Source of the DNA: Candidatus Omnitrophota bacterium
GTDB lineage: Bacteria > Omnitrophota > Gorgyraeia > Zapsychrales > Fredricksoniimonadaceae
Reading direction: 5' to 3'
NCBI GenBank assembly: GCA_044225175.1
Contig: JBGAJA010000003.1
Location: forward strand, 133,428 to 197,427
Length of the DNA stretch: 64,000 nt
A program made the translations under genes and the position numbers. Shown here one piece after another: positions 1 to 10,318 of the stretch; within the stretch, counting starts at the first letter, position 1; every line of letters begins with the position of its first letter. Below the pieces are notes generated by a model. It did not search any database and had not been told where the DNA came from. It worked only from the letters and a program-made list of their open reading frames with translations.

Positions 1-17
1 GGTATTCCACCCAAGAA

Positions 18-1958
18 ATGGATCAAATTGTCCGGGAAGTTCAAGATTTAGAAAAGAAGGGATTGGCTGGGGGCAACTTGCTTAGGTTCTATGCCTTGTT
101 GAAACGCATTGAGAACATTATTCGATTTCATGCCAGAGAAACGATTAATCAGTATCAGGAGATGGCCCAGCAACTGGCAAAAGCAATAGAGATGCAAAAT
201 AGTATTTGGGTCGAGAATTTTTCTTCTAATTTATTTAGGGCTGATGCTATTTATCTTTTATCAGCGCTTTTGAGTGATATTAAGAAAAAGGTAATGGAAA
301 AAGTGGAGATTTCGGGATGGCAAGTCGTGGTGCCTGGGCAGGCTAGTGGAAGGATGCATATACTTTCTTCCCTGGAAGACCTCTCTAGTGTCAAGTCGGA
401 TGAAATCATTGTCATTGAACGTCTGCCTTCTGATGCTCCTGCAATCACGAATGTTAAGGCGATCATTGTTTTAACGGAAGATGGTCTGCTTTCACATCCA
501 GCGATCAATGCCAGACAAAATAATATTCCGATGGTGGTTGCTCCTAGTCTAGATGTGCTTGTTGACTTAAACGGCAAGAATGTGGTTTTAAAGACACAAG
601 GAGATGAGGATGTAGTTATAACAGAAACGCACGAAAAACTGCAGATCAAGACTTCTATGTTGCGTGAAAAAGAGAAGATAACTATTCAACCGATCAAACC
701 GGATCTTAATCCCCAGGCAGGTTTTATTATCGATCAAAAAGATTATCAGCAAAAAACTGTGGGAAACAAGGCCTTTCGATTGGGGCGGATTTCTTCGAAA
801 TCAACCCCCAATGAGCGGCCAACAAAACATTTCGCATTGAGCTTTGGCTTGCATAACCATGTCCTTCATTTACCGGAAAATGAAAAGATTAAAAATTTGT
901 TGGATCAGCTTTATTTAGACCTGCAAAGGGAAATGAATTTAGTTAAAAAAGCCAATTTATTGGTGCAGATGCGAAGCGCTGTAAGAAGGCTAGAGGTCCC
1001 TGAAAGTATTCTCGATGCTATTGTGAGCAAGATTAAAACAGACTTTAACCATCCTAAGAATGTTTTTATAAGATCAACCACCAATGTGGAAGACCTGCCT
1101 GATTATTCCGGGGCAGGTCTCTATGATTCTTTCGGTACTATTAAGCCAGAACATCAAGCAATAGACATGGCTATTAAGAATGTATGGGCTTCTATCTGGA
1201 ATGAAAGGGCATTTTTAGATAGGGAACTCCATGGGATTGACCATAAACAAGCCATGCCGGCAGTGCTTATTCAGGAAACAATTATTCCTAAGTATGCCTT
1301 TGTTGTACACACTCAGAACCCATCCAATCCTGAAGAATGGGTCATTGAATTGGTCCAGGGCTTTGGCGAATCTTTAGTCAGTGGGGAAGAAGATTTCATT
1401 GGGTCACCGTATCGCTATGTTTATAATCGGAAAACCGGAATGATAAAAATGGTCCGTTTTTCAAGTAAGGGAAAGATATTGAGTATCGGTGTTGATGGAG
1501 AAACAAGGACTTTCATTGCTAATTACATTGATGATCCCTTGGACGCTGAAGAGGCTCCTGAGGTCATTAAAAGTATTGTAGAGTCAACTTTACAGATCGA
1601 GTCACAATATGGTACAGCGCAAGATATTGAAGGGGCTATTGTGATGGAAGACCAAAGGCACATGCAATTTTCCTTACTGCAGTCAAGAAATCAAGTAAAT
1701 CAATTTTGGGAACCCCAGCTGGTCACAGCTCTTGTTCCTGCTGCTAATCAGGCCATGACAAGTAATGTGGGAGGAATCGATTTTAATCCCAGTAATTTAA
1801 AATTACGCCAACAAGGTAAAAATGAGGACTTTCAATTTAACTTCAAATCCTTGCGAAATATTAAGTCGAATACCATTCAAGGCGTTTCTCCAACCATTGT
1901 TAATATTACACCTGTTACAAACTTTCTATTGTTACTTGGATTAGGCAAAGATAAATAA
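18..1958 (+). CDS. PEP-utilizing-enzyme family phosphotransferase (mobile His domain followed by PPDK_N-like ATP-grasp/PEP-pyruvate binding domain); possibly 5' partial
   Basis: The reading frame is open to the window start. A mobile phospho-His domain motif (EDGLLSHPAINARQNNIPMVV) precedes a PPDK_N-like segment (IRSTTNVEDLPDYSGAGLYDSF). The domain order is reversed relative to PEP synthase. Confidence 0.6.
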   Translation: MDQIVREVQDLEKKGLAGGNLLRFYALLKRIENIIRFHARETINQYQEMAQQLAKAIEMQNSIWVENFSSNLFRADAIYLLSALLSDIKKKVMEKVEISGWQVVVPGQASGRMHILSSLEDLSSVKSDEIIVIERLPSDAPAITNVKAIIVLTEDGLLSHPAINARQNNIPMVVAPSLDVLVDLNGKNVVLKTQGDEDVVITETHEKLQIKTSMLREKEKITIQPIKPDLNPQAGFIIDQKDYQQKTVGNKAFRLGRISSKSTPNERPTKHFALSFGLHNHVLHLPENEKIKNLLDQLYLDLQREMNLVKKANLLVQMRSAVRRLEVPESILDAIVSKIKTDFNHPKNVFIRSTTNVEDLPDYSGAGLYDSFGTIKPEHQAIDMAIKNVWASIWNERAFLDRELHGIDHKQAMPAVLIQETIIPKYAFVVHTQNPSNPEEWVIELVQGFGESLVSGEEDFIGSPYRYVYNRKTGMIKMVRFSSKGKILSIGVDGETRTFIANYIDDPLDAEEAPEVIKSIVESTLQIESQYGTAQDIEGAIVMEDQRHMQFSLLQSRNQVNQFWEPQLVTALVPAANQAMTSNVGGIDFNPSNLKLRQQGKNEDFQFNFKSLRNIKSNTIQGVSPTIVNITPVTNFLLLLGLGKDK

Positions 1959-2022
1959 GCTGAACAATTAATTTAGGATGGTTTAAAAGCACACGCTTGC
2001 AGCAGTATATATTGCAGGCGTT

Positions 2023-2604
2023 TTGTATTTTGATAGAATGGTTCCCATGTCTATTAAGTTTTGGATGTTTTTTATTCTGGTCATTCTTGCAAGCGGTTGT
2101 CAGCCATCCCATCAAGAACGTCAATACATAGAAATTTCAATGGAAGCTCCTTCTGAGAAATCCTTGATTGAAGACAAAATTTCCTGGGACACTCCCCAGG
2201 CTTGGAAAGAAGAATTAGGCAGTGGCCTTCGATTAGTTTCTTTTCATTTAGATTCAGATAGAGAAGCTATTGATTGTTCTATTGTGTCATTAGAAGGAAT
2301 GGCAGGCACTTTAGAATCAAACCTTGTGCGTTGGATGGGGCAACTTGGCCTCAAGGATGATCCAGAGAGTTTAAGAAAGCTGATCAGTGAAGCACAGACG
2401 GTAAGAACAAAAGATGGTCTTGAAGCCAAAGTATTTGATTTTATGAAGATCATGCCTTCCTTAAAGAGTTCAGATCAAACTATGATGGCCGCTATGCTTA
2501 CTATGGATAAGACAACTATTTTTGTGAAGATGACAGGTCAATTTGAAGCGGTGAAAGAACATAAGGCTAATTTTTTGAAGTTGGTCACCTCTATTCGTCA
2601 ATAA
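2023..2604 (+). CDS. putative lipoprotein (start may be at internal Met ~2047)
   Basis: Hydrophobic N-terminus ending in lipobox ILASGC; no recognisable domain. Confidence 0.5.
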   Translation: MYFDRMVPMSIKFWMFFILVILASGCQPSHQERQYIEISMEAPSEKSLIEDKISWDTPQAWKEELGSGLRLVSFHLDSDREAIDCSIVSLEGMAGTLESNLVRWMGQLGLKDDPESLRKLISEAQTVRTKDGLEAKVFDFMKIMPSLKSSDQTMMAAMLTMDKTTIFVKMTGQFEAVKEHKANFLKLVTSIRQ

Positions 2605-2609
2605 TACAT

Positions 2610-3662
2610 ATGCTTAAACTTTTAAGTTCAACTCGAATAACGGTTGTTTGTTTATTTCTACTCTTTATTCTCACTTTTTGGGGAACAATCGCACAGGTCC
2701 ATCAGGGATTGTATGCAGCCCAAGAACGTTTTTTTAATTCATTTTTCTTTCTTGCCGCAGGTTTTATTCCATTTCCAGGGGCACAGCTGATCTTATGGGT
2801 TCTATTTATTAACCTTGTTTCTATGACTATTTTGACTTTCAAGAAACATACTCAATTGTCTTATATGGGGCTTTTGATAACACATCTTGGGATTCTGTTA
2901 TATTTTGTTGCGGCATTTTTAGTTTTTCATGTCTATAAAGAATCAGCAGTACGCCTATCTCCAGGGACAGCAACGAATGTGTCGTCTTCTTATACTGAAT
3001 GGGAAGTGGCCTATTGGGTTGGCAATGATAAGAGAGAACATCAAGTGAATGCCATCGATACGAATACCTTAAAATCGGGTGTAAAGGTCCCTTTTGCAAA
3101 CAAGGATTTTACTCTTATTGTTAAGGAGTTTTATCCCAATAGTGAGGTGTCAAAGAGTTCTATATCTCCTAAGGCGATTTTAAAACAAAGAGAAGAGAAC
3201 ATTGCAGGGGGGGTCTTTAATTTGCGTTTGGAAGATAAGTCTTATGATCTGATCTTATATGGAATGGAATCTCGGCCAACAGAGGTTATGATCAAAGGAA
3301 AGTTGTATCATTTCATGTTGCGTCATAAAAGATTCCCTCTTCCTTTTGTGATCAAATTAGATCATTTTAAAGCTGAATTTCATTCTGGAACAGACATGGC
3401 AAAAAGTTTTGAGAGTTTGGTCACTATTTCTACAGGGGCTTTGGAGCGCCAGGTGCGCATCTACATGAACAATCCTTTACGCTACAAAGATTACACTCTC
3501 TATCAAGCTTCCTATGATGTTGATGAGCAAGGAAGACAATCTTCCACATTAGCTGTGGTTAGAAATTCAGCTAGAATTTTGCCTTACATTGCATGCTTTA
3601 TTGTTTTCTTTGGATTAGCTTTACACTTTCTGACTCAGGCCCTTATTTCGAAGAGATCATGA
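2610..3662 (+). CDS. compact ResB/Ccs1-like cytochrome c biogenesis membrane protein
   Basis: N-terminal TM helices with His residues (AQVHQG, LITHLG), a soluble domain and a C-terminal TM. It lies immediately upstream of ccsA with ATGA start/stop coupling. Confidence 0.55.
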   Translation: MLKLLSSTRITVVCLFLLFILTFWGTIAQVHQGLYAAQERFFNSFFFLAAGFIPFPGAQLILWVLFINLVSMTILTFKKHTQLSYMGLLITHLGILLYFVAAFLVFHVYKESAVRLSPGTATNVSSSYTEWEVAYWVGNDKREHQVNAIDTNTLKSGVKVPFANKDFTLIVKEFYPNSEVSKSSISPKAILKQREENIAGGVFNLRLEDKSYDLILYGMESRPTEVMIKGKLYHFMLRHKRFPLPFVIKLDHFKAEFHSGTDMAKSFESLVTISTGALERQVRIYMNNPLRYKDYTLYQASYDVDEQGRQSSTLAVVRNSARILPYIACFIVFFGLALHFLTQALISKRS

Positions 3663-5500
3663 GAAAATTTATATTTCTGATTCTAATCCTAATTCTTTCT
3701 TGTTCAGCTCAGGCTTTCGCGGATCCTGGAATTAAAGATATTAATCATTTTAAGAATATCCCCGTTCTTGATGGTGGGCGTATTAAACCTTTGGATACAT
3801 ATGCTCGCAGTGTGTTGACACAACTATCAGGAAAAGATCATTATGAGCAAAAAAGCGCTTCTCACTGGCTCGCTTCTGTTTTTTTCAATCCTTCCTCGAC
3901 AAGTAATGACAAGATATTCTTAATCAATAATCCTGATGTTTTAACCGCTCTAGGGATCATGCCAGAAGTTCACAGACGCTATACCCCTAATCAACTGCGC
4001 ACATCGTATAAGAAGCTTTCTGAGCTTCAACAAGCAGCCATCAGGATTTCTGAGAAAGAACGTTCTATTGTGGACAATGAAATCATACGGGTCTTTGATA
4101 ATGTCCATTTGTATGTGGATCTTTCCAGTTCATTCTCATTTGTTTTTCCTCAAGCAAATTTTACGATTAAATCTAAATCTACAAAAATGAAGCTTGGGCT
4201 TAAAGAAGATCGTGATCAATTTAGCTTTATTGAGATTGCCCTTCATGCCAAAGAGATGGCAGAAATGACTAAGTCCAATGATACGGAGATCATACAAACA
4301 GGAATTAATTTATTACATTGGTCTAAAAACTATACCGATCTTCCTTTTACTGTGATTCCTGCCCATGAAAAAGGCAAGTGGGTGAGTCCTTGGGATGCAT
4401 TGATCTTTAGTTTTAATACTAAGGATGATCGTCAGCTAGTATTGTTGTGGGCTAATATGGCAATTAGATATACCCAAGGTAATCAAGTTGAGTTTGATCG
4501 AGCCGTGCAAGAATATATAGAAATTCTTCAAGGGAGATTATCAAAAGAAGAGTCCAAAAGCGTGCGTAAGTTTCCTCTCGAGTTGGTTTATCATGTCAGC
4601 AGTCCATTTACTTGGGCAATCATGTTGTATATTGCTACATTTTTATTTTTTGTAATCTCTTTTACTTCCTCTCGAAAGATTTGGTATCAGCTGGGAGTTT
4701 TGAGTGTCTTTGCAGCATTTGCTATCCATGGCATAGGATTACTTATGCGGATTATCATCATGGGACGACCGCCAGTTTCCAGTCTTTATGAAACATTTAT
4801 TTTTGTTGGTTTTATTTCTGTATTCTTAGGGTTGATGATTGAGCATTACAATAGACAATGGCTAGGGATGATTACAGCTTCTATCAGTGGGGCAGCTTTA
4901 TTATTTATTGCTAATAAATATAGCGCTGAAGGGGATACTCTAAAAGTTTTGATTGCTGTTTTGAATTCTAATTTTTGGTTAGCTACTCATGTGACGACTA
5001 TTACTATGGGATATGGAGCAACCTGTGTCGGAGGATTGTTAGGTCATATTTGGTTAATTCAGGCTATATTCAAGAAAGATCGTCAAATATTAGATCAAAC
5101 GTATAAAACCACGCTCGGGATTTTAGGTGTGGCTCTTACTTTAACGTTTCTTGGAACAAACCTTGGTGGCATCTGGGCTGATCAAAGCTGGGGGAGATTT
5201 TGGGGGTGGGACCCCAAAGAAAATGGGGCTTTGATGATTGTGCTTTGGATAGCTATGCTTTTTCATGCCAAAGTTGCGCAAATAATAGGGCCTCTAGGAC
5301 TTGCAGTTGGCAGTGTGATTGGTATGATGGTTGTGATGTGGGCATGGTTTGGTGTTAATCTTTTAAGCGTTGGTCTTCATTCGTATGGTTTTACATCGGG
5401 GATATCTGCTTCATTACTGATGTATGTTGTTTTTGAATTGGTTTTTATCATTGGCTCTATTATTTTAATCCGTATCATCCATAAGAAGGAATCCATATGA
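3659..5500 (+). CDS. ccsA: cytochrome c-type biogenesis protein CcsA/ResC with ~320-aa N-terminal periplasmic extension
   Basis: WWD-family motif WGRFWGWDPKENGALM in a polytopic C-terminal domain. Start chosen at in-frame ATG 3659 (MRKFIFLILILILSCSAQAFA signal peptide), overlapping the upstream TGA. Confidence 0.8.
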   Translation: MRKFIFLILILILSCSAQAFADPGIKDINHFKNIPVLDGGRIKPLDTYARSVLTQLSGKDHYEQKSASHWLASVFFNPSSTSNDKIFLINNPDVLTALGIMPEVHRRYTPNQLRTSYKKLSELQQAAIRISEKERSIVDNEIIRVFDNVHLYVDLSSSFSFVFPQANFTIKSKSTKMKLGLKEDRDQFSFIEIALHAKEMAEMTKSNDTEIIQTGINLLHWSKNYTDLPFTVIPAHEKGKWVSPWDALIFSFNTKDDRQLVLLWANMAIRYTQGNQVEFDRAVQEYIEILQGRLSKEESKSVRKFPLELVYHVSSPFTWAIMLYIATFLFFVISFTSSRKIWYQLGVLSVFAAFAIHGIGLLMRIIIMGRPPVSSLYETFIFVGFISVFLGLMIEHYNRQWLGMITASISGAALLFIANKYSAEGDTLKVLIAVLNSNFWLATHVTTITMGYGATCVGGLLGHIWLIQAIFKKDRQILDQTYKTTLGILGVALTLTFLGTNLGGIWADQSWGRFWGWDPKENGALMIVLWIAMLFHAKVAQIIGPLGLAVGSVIGMMVVMWAWFGVNLLSVGLHSYGFTSGISASLLMYVVFELVFIIGSIILIRIIHKKESI

Positions 5501-5808
5501 AAAAATTTCTACTTTTATTCTTGTGTTTAATTTTGATGAGTTGTGCGCGACGTATAGTTGAATATCAATCTCATATGAGGCTAGATTACGGAATGCCTAA
5601 GCAGCATGTCCTTGAAGTTTTGGGACCCCCAAGTGAGAAGGAAGTTTATCAAAGGAAGGATCAAAGAATTGTTGAGTATTTAATATATAAGAATTTCGTA
5701 TCGTATGAACCTAAAACACCCATCTGTTTTATTAATAATAAACTTGTCGGCTGGGGAAGAACGTATTATCAAGACCATTTAAATGAACAAGACTTGAGAT
5801 TGAAATAG
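5497..5808 (+). CDS. small lipoprotein, hypothetical
   Basis: MKKFLLLFLCLILMSCA lipobox; overlaps ccsA stop (ATGA). Confidence 0.5.
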   Translation: MKKFLLLFLCLILMSCARRIVEYQSHMRLDYGMPKQHVLEVLGPPSEKEVYQRKDQRIVEYLIYKNFVSYEPKTPICFINNKLVGWGRTYYQDHLNEQDLRLK

Positions 5809-5832
5809 TAGAGATTTTTAAAAGCAAGTTTG

Positions 5833-7083
5833 TTAGCGAATCCACCCAAAAAGAATATAGCAGATACCCGCTCCTGCCACGGCCATTGTTAATCCAAAGC
5901 TTAAGAGGTGGCGAAATAATTTTTCTTTATCTTCGTGAATGGCGCTTGCTATACATAAAGCTCCCAGTGACGAAAGAGGGCTAATATCTACTAGATGCGC
6001 GCCAACATTGATAGAAGAGATGATGGCAGTTACATTTCCACCCCCAATTTTTTCAATTAAATCTGGAACTAGAGGAATAAAGGTAGGCAGCACAACTCCT
6101 GATGAACTGGAGAATGCTGAAATAAGGCCGGTAATAAAAGCAATAATTCCGGTTACTGTATAGGGTGTTGATATTTTTGCCAAAAGGTCTGTAAAGAGTC
6201 CTAACCCTCCTAGCATTTCAAGTACCCCAATTAGCATATTGATTCCGCACACCATCAGAATAGTATCCCATGGAATTTGCCTGACAGCTTCTTTGCCATC
6301 AGTGACATTTAAAAGTGTAAGTCCGCAAGCCAAGAGTATCGAGAGGAAACCAATATCGGTTTTTAGAAAAACCGTGCAAATAATCAAAATGATGATAGCA
6401 AAAAGAGTTAGTTTTTGATGATTAGACCATGGAATATTAAGTAGAGTAATTTTTGCCTCACTGGCATGTGTGTGTTTAGCGCTATGTTTTATTTTTGCGT
6501 AGAATATTGCGAAACATAGAGCGGCAAGGAGACTTTGAGCTAAGAAATTAGGAAGAAAGACCTGTTGCCATGGATCCATGTTGACGCCAAGGTTGGCTAT
6601 AAGTCCATTAGCAATAATACCAGTTAAGGCAAATGGTGAGAAAGTTCCAGCATTAGCTCCACAGATGAGCACAATTGTCATGAAGAAAGCTCCAATTCCT
6701 GTTTCCCAAGCAATCGTCATAGCAACGGGAGCTAAGAGTGCAACGGCACCGATATTGCCTGCTCCGATTGTAGAAAATATTGCGGCAAGTATAAAAAAGA
6801 GTAGGGGTGTTGCCATGGTTTTGCCTTTGAGGATACCAAGCGCACCTTGGGCCAATCTTTCTAGCGTGCCATTATGTTTGGCCAATCCAAATAAATAAGT
6901 TATACCCACAAGAACGATGAACATATAGGCAGGAAATCCGGCAGCAATCTGAGTGATGCTCATATGGGCAACATAATGTCCTAAAAGCCATGCCACCCCC
7001 AGAGAAAGAAGACCAGGATTAATTTTTGTGAAACAACTTAAGGCAATTACTGCAAAGAAAGCAGCTAAAGAGAGTAGTTCCAT
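5833..7083 (-). CDS. polytopic permease, ArsB/NhaD/CitMHS-type ion-transporter superfamily
   Basis: 416 aa, ~12 hydrophobic helices, glycine-rich re-entrant-like segments; family assignment by general resemblance only. Confidence 0.5.
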   Translation of the reverse strand: MELLSLAAFFAVIALSCFTKINPGLLSLGVAWLLGHYVAHMSITQIAAGFPAYMFIVLVGITYLFGLAKHNGTLERLAQGALGILKGKTMATPLLFFILAAIFSTIGAGNIGAVALLAPVAMTIAWETGIGAFFMTIVLICGANAGTFSPFALTGIIANGLIANLGVNMDPWQQVFLPNFLAQSLLAALCFAIFYAKIKHSAKHTHASEAKITLLNIPWSNHQKLTLFAIIILIICTVFLKTDIGFLSILLACGLTLLNVTDGKEAVRQIPWDTILMVCGINMLIGVLEMLGGLGLFTDLLAKISTPYTVTGIIAFITGLISAFSSSSGVVLPTFIPLVPDLIEKIGGGNVTAIISSINVGAHLVDISPLSSLGALCIASAIHEDKEKLFRHLLSFGLTMAVAGAGICYILFGWIR

Positions 7084-7217
7084 ATCATTAGATTAGCACA
7101 GATGTATAAGAATGGAATAGGGCTATACTTTTAAAATATAAGTGATATTTATTTTTAGGAAAGATACTAATGGTCATGTCCGAAAACGGCTATTCATAGG
7201 ACTTAAAGAGTGTTAGT

Positions 7218-8663
7218 ATGCACTCTATGAATAAAGAAGATGTCTTTTATCAAGCCATGCTCACCCGAGACAATCGATTTGATGGCAAGTTCTTCGTTGG
7301 GGTTAAGACGACCGGAATTTATTGTCGTCCTATCTGTCCTGCCAAACCCAAACGAGAAAATGTTGAGTTCTTCGCCAATGCCTATTTAGCTGAGAAAGCA
7401 GGTTACAGGCCATGCTTAAGATGTCGTCCTGAGGTTGCTCCCCAATCTCCTGCCTGGATGGGTAAATCTGCAGTTGTTCAAAGAGCGCTTCGAAAGATCC
7501 ATAGTTACGATGTGCTTGAACTTAATGAAGAAGAATTCGCTTCAAGTTTCGGGATTGGTTCCAGACATTTAAGACGTCTTTTTATGGACGAGATTGGTAA
7601 AACTCCTAAACAAATTGCTTTTGAGCATAGACTGAATTTGTCCCATAAACTCATTGTCGAAACATCGCTTCCTATTACAGAAATCGCTTACGCTTCAGGA
7701 TTTGGATCGATTCGAAGATTCAATGATGCATTTAAGATTCGTTTTAGAAAGAAACCTTCTGAGCTAAGAAGAAATAAAACAGATCCATCTAAAGCGCTCA
7801 CTGTTGCACTTGCCTATAGACCACCTTTTGATTTTGAAAGAATTCTTCGATTCTATCAATCTCATCAAATAGGGAATTTAGAGAGATTTGAAGAAGGCAA
7901 GATGACGCGGGTCATTACGATCAATGGCGAGCACGGAATCATTATAATTGCAAATGATCCAAAGAAGAACGCTCTTATCCTGGAGATTGATTTTCCGCAA
8001 ATAAGTGCTATTCATATGATTATTTCTCGTGTGAGGCGTCTGTTTGATCTTGATTCTGATCCTGTTTTGATAGCCAATGCCTTTGATGCAGATCCAGCCC
8101 TAGCCAAACTTCTTAAGAAATATCCAGGTCTAAGAATACCAACGGGATGGGAGCCTTTTGAAATTGGAATTGCAACAATTTTAGGGCAATTGGTCAGTAT
8201 TAAACAGGCCTATAGCCTGGTGAATGACCTCATTGAGTTTTATGGGGAAGAATCAACTATCACGATGGATGGACAAAGGATTAAATTGTTCCCATCTCCT
8301 TTAACCATTGCTAAAAGTGATCTTGCCAAATTAAAGACCACAGGTCGGCGGAAGGAAACACTAAGAAGCTTTTCTAAAGCAGTTTTAGATGGAACAATTT
8401 CTTTGGATCGTACTCAGAATATGGAAGAATTTCGTCAAAAGCTTCTTGCTATTAAAGGTATTGGGAAGTGGACAGCAGATTATATGTCTCTTAAAGTGTT
8501 AGGTCATACGGATGCTTTTCCAGAAAGTGATTTGATTTTAGCTAGAGCCCTTGAATTGCATCCCAAAGGAGCAATCGCACGTCTAAGTCCGTGGCGCGGT
8601 TATGCAGCAATTTTGCTTTGGAGTGAATATGCTAATCAGTTAACCAAGAAAGCAGGTCAATGA
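7218..8663 (+). CDS. bifunctional Ada N-terminal methylphosphotriester methyltransferase/AraC-type regulator fused to AlkA-like DNA-3-methyladenine glycosylase II (HhH-GPD)
   Basis: Cys4 Ada-N motif (FDGKFFVGVKTTGIYCRPICPAK...CLRCRPE), AraC HTH, and a C-terminal HhH-GPD domain with a GIGKWTADY loop. Confidence 0.85.
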   Translation: MHSMNKEDVFYQAMLTRDNRFDGKFFVGVKTTGIYCRPICPAKPKRENVEFFANAYLAEKAGYRPCLRCRPEVAPQSPAWMGKSAVVQRALRKIHSYDVLELNEEEFASSFGIGSRHLRRLFMDEIGKTPKQIAFEHRLNLSHKLIVETSLPITEIAYASGFGSIRRFNDAFKIRFRKKPSELRRNKTDPSKALTVALAYRPPFDFERILRFYQSHQIGNLERFEEGKMTRVITINGEHGIIIIANDPKKNALILEIDFPQISAIHMIISRVRRLFDLDSDPVLIANAFDADPALAKLLKKYPGLRIPTGWEPFEIGIATILGQLVSIKQAYSLVNDLIEFYGEESTITMDGQRIKLFPSPLTIAKSDLAKLKTTGRRKETLRSFSKAVLDGTISLDRTQNMEEFRQKLLAIKGIGKWTADYMSLKVLGHTDAFPESDLILARALELHPKGAIARLSPWRGYAAILLWSEYANQLTKKAGQ

Positions 8664-9136
8664 TGTACTCCATTCAATATTCTATAAGAACTCCGGTAGG
8701 TCCACTGTATCTAGTTGCTTCTAAGATCGGATTAGAGGGAGTGTTTTTTAATAAACAGAATGCTCCTATAGTCAAAGTTCTGGGATCTAAACCAGAAGAG
8801 AAAATATTGAACTCTACAAGTAAGCAAATCCAAGAATATTTTTCCGGGCAAAGGAAACAGTTTGACATTATCTTGAATCTTTCAGGAACTTCTTTTCAAA
8901 AGAAAGTTTGGAGGGAGTTATATAAGATCCCCTATGGGAAAACAGTATCTTACGGGGATATTGCCAGAAGAATTAAGAACCCTAAAGCTGTCCGTGCCGT
9001 TGGTTCGGCCAATGGAAAGAACCCCATTTGTGTAATTATCCCTTGCCATCGAGTGATTGCTTCCGACGGGTCTATAGGAGGGTATTCTGGTGGTCTTAAG
9101 ATCAAGCATCAACTTCTAAAACTCGAAGGTTGTTAA
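8660..9136 (+). CDS. ogt: O6-methylguanine-DNA methyltransferase
   Basis: Active site IPCHRV; HTH segment VSYGDIARRI; ATGA overlap with upstream ada/alkA. Confidence 0.9.
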   Translation: MMYSIQYSIRTPVGPLYLVASKIGLEGVFFNKQNAPIVKVLGSKPEEKILNSTSKQIQEYFSGQRKQFDIILNLSGTSFQKKVWRELYKIPYGKTVSYGDIARRIKNPKAVRAVGSANGKNPICVIIPCHRVIASDGSIGGYSGGLKIKHQLLKLEGC

Positions 9137-9145
9137 TAAGATTAT

Positions 9146-9430
9146 ATGGCTATGAATGAAAATAACTGGATGGTTTATATCTTGCGATGTAAGGATGGTA
9201 GTTTGTATACAGGAGTCACAAATAACATTGAACGTCGCATTAAAATGCATGATAATGGCTCAGCATCTCGGTATACGCGCGTTCGTCTTCCGGTTAAATT
9301 GATTTATCACCAATCTGGAATGACAAGATCACAGGCTTTAATCAGAGAATGCGCTATTAAAAAGATGCCCAAGCAAGGCAAAGAACAATTAATACAATCC
9401 CAAAAGAAAATAATGGAGAAAGATATATGA
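9146..9430 (+). CDS. GIY-YIG nuclease superfamily protein (UPF0213/YhbQ-like)
   Basis: VYILRCKDGSLYTGVTNNIERRIKMH GIY-YIG motif. Confidence 0.8.
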   Translation: MAMNENNWMVYILRCKDGSLYTGVTNNIERRIKMHDNGSASRYTRVRLPVKLIYHQSGMTRSQALIRECAIKKMPKQGKEQLIQSQKKIMEKDI

Positions 9431-9855
9431 TGCGCAAGTTCTTAATAAGTGGTGGGGTATTATTTTTCATGATGATTACGCCTGTCTTTGCCAAAGGAGC
9501 TAGTACAACTATTGATGACATTATTTCAAAGATGAAAATAGAGTTGAATTTAAGTGATAATCAAGTCATTGCCATTAAACCTATCGTCAAGAAAAGTGTT
9601 CTTAAACGTCAGGAGCTTCTGGCAAGCTTAGAAGGTGAATCAATTGTGAATAAGAAAAGTGTCAAGATTGCGATGAGAAAGATCAGAGATGAGGAGAACC
9701 AACAGCTAAGTCAGATTCTAAATCAAGAACAAATGGATAAACGAATTCAAAAACAGCATGTGAGAGAATCATTAAATAAAGACCAAATTGATTTCTCAGA
9801 AACTCTAAGCGAAGCGACTGCCCTAACGCCTCAAGGCGGATCTCTGCAGTTTTAA
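9427..9855 (+). CDS. periplasmic protein with LTXXQ-like motifs (Spy/CpxP-like)
   Basis: Signal peptide; LNLSDNQ and LSQILNQEQ motifs; helical low-complexity. Confidence 0.4.
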   Translation: MMRKFLISGGVLFFMMITPVFAKGASTTIDDIISKMKIELNLSDNQVIAIKPIVKKSVLKRQELLASLEGESIVNKKSVKIAMRKIRDEENQQLSQILNQEQMDKRIQKQHVRESLNKDQIDFSETLSEATALTPQGGSLQF

Positions 9856-10014
9856 TAACCATTCTGCCATTATTATAAGATTGACTCTCGCAGACGATAA
9901 GAGTACTATCTGACTGACATTTGAGGGTACTTCTTGATTTTCTCCTGCCTCCTATGCGCTACACAAAGTACCAACCAGGCGCAATTCTTAACCAATCTAA
10001 AGGAAATATTAATT

Positions 10015-10236
10015 ATGTCTAAAGAAGAAGCCATTGAAGTGGAAGGTTTGATCCTCAAAGCGTTGTCAAATGCTCAATTTACAGTGGAAATGCCTAATGG
10101 CCATTTGATCACTGCCTACCCTGCAGGTAAAATGAGAAAGTTTTTTATTAAAATTATGCCGGGAGATAAAGTAACGGTGGCTCTTTCACCCTATGATCTG
10201 CGAAGAGGCAGAATTACATTTAGACATAAGGCTTAA
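10015..10236 (+). CDS. infA: translation initiation factor IF-1
   Basis: [73 protein letters not shown] matches IF-1 over its full length. Start taken at the internal ATG of the ORF 9934..10236. Confidence 0.9.
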   Translation: MSKEEAIEVEGLILKALSNAQFTVEMPNGHLITAYPAGKMRKFFIKIMPGDKVTVALSPYDLRRGRITFRHKA

Positions 10237-10265
10237 TTAATTTTTGATCTGTTCATATCATTTCT

Positions 10266-10305
10266 AAACTCCTGCACTATAATGTTTGCAGGAGTTTTTA
10301 TTTTT
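10266..10305 (+). terminator. rho-independent terminator after infA
   Basis: AAACTCCTGCA / TGCAGGAGTTT 11-bp stem followed by TTTATTTTT. Confidence 0.7.
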
Positions 10306-10318
10306 AAAGGAGCAGCAT

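Noticed and set aside
251-649. Numerous antisense ORFs inside long genes (e.g. 251..649, 5939..6163, 6578..6898, 16873..17115, 20502..20684, 25444..25677, 31097..31447, 31949..32305)
   Set aside because: Fully embedded in longer, homology-supported genes on the opposite strand; no independent signals.
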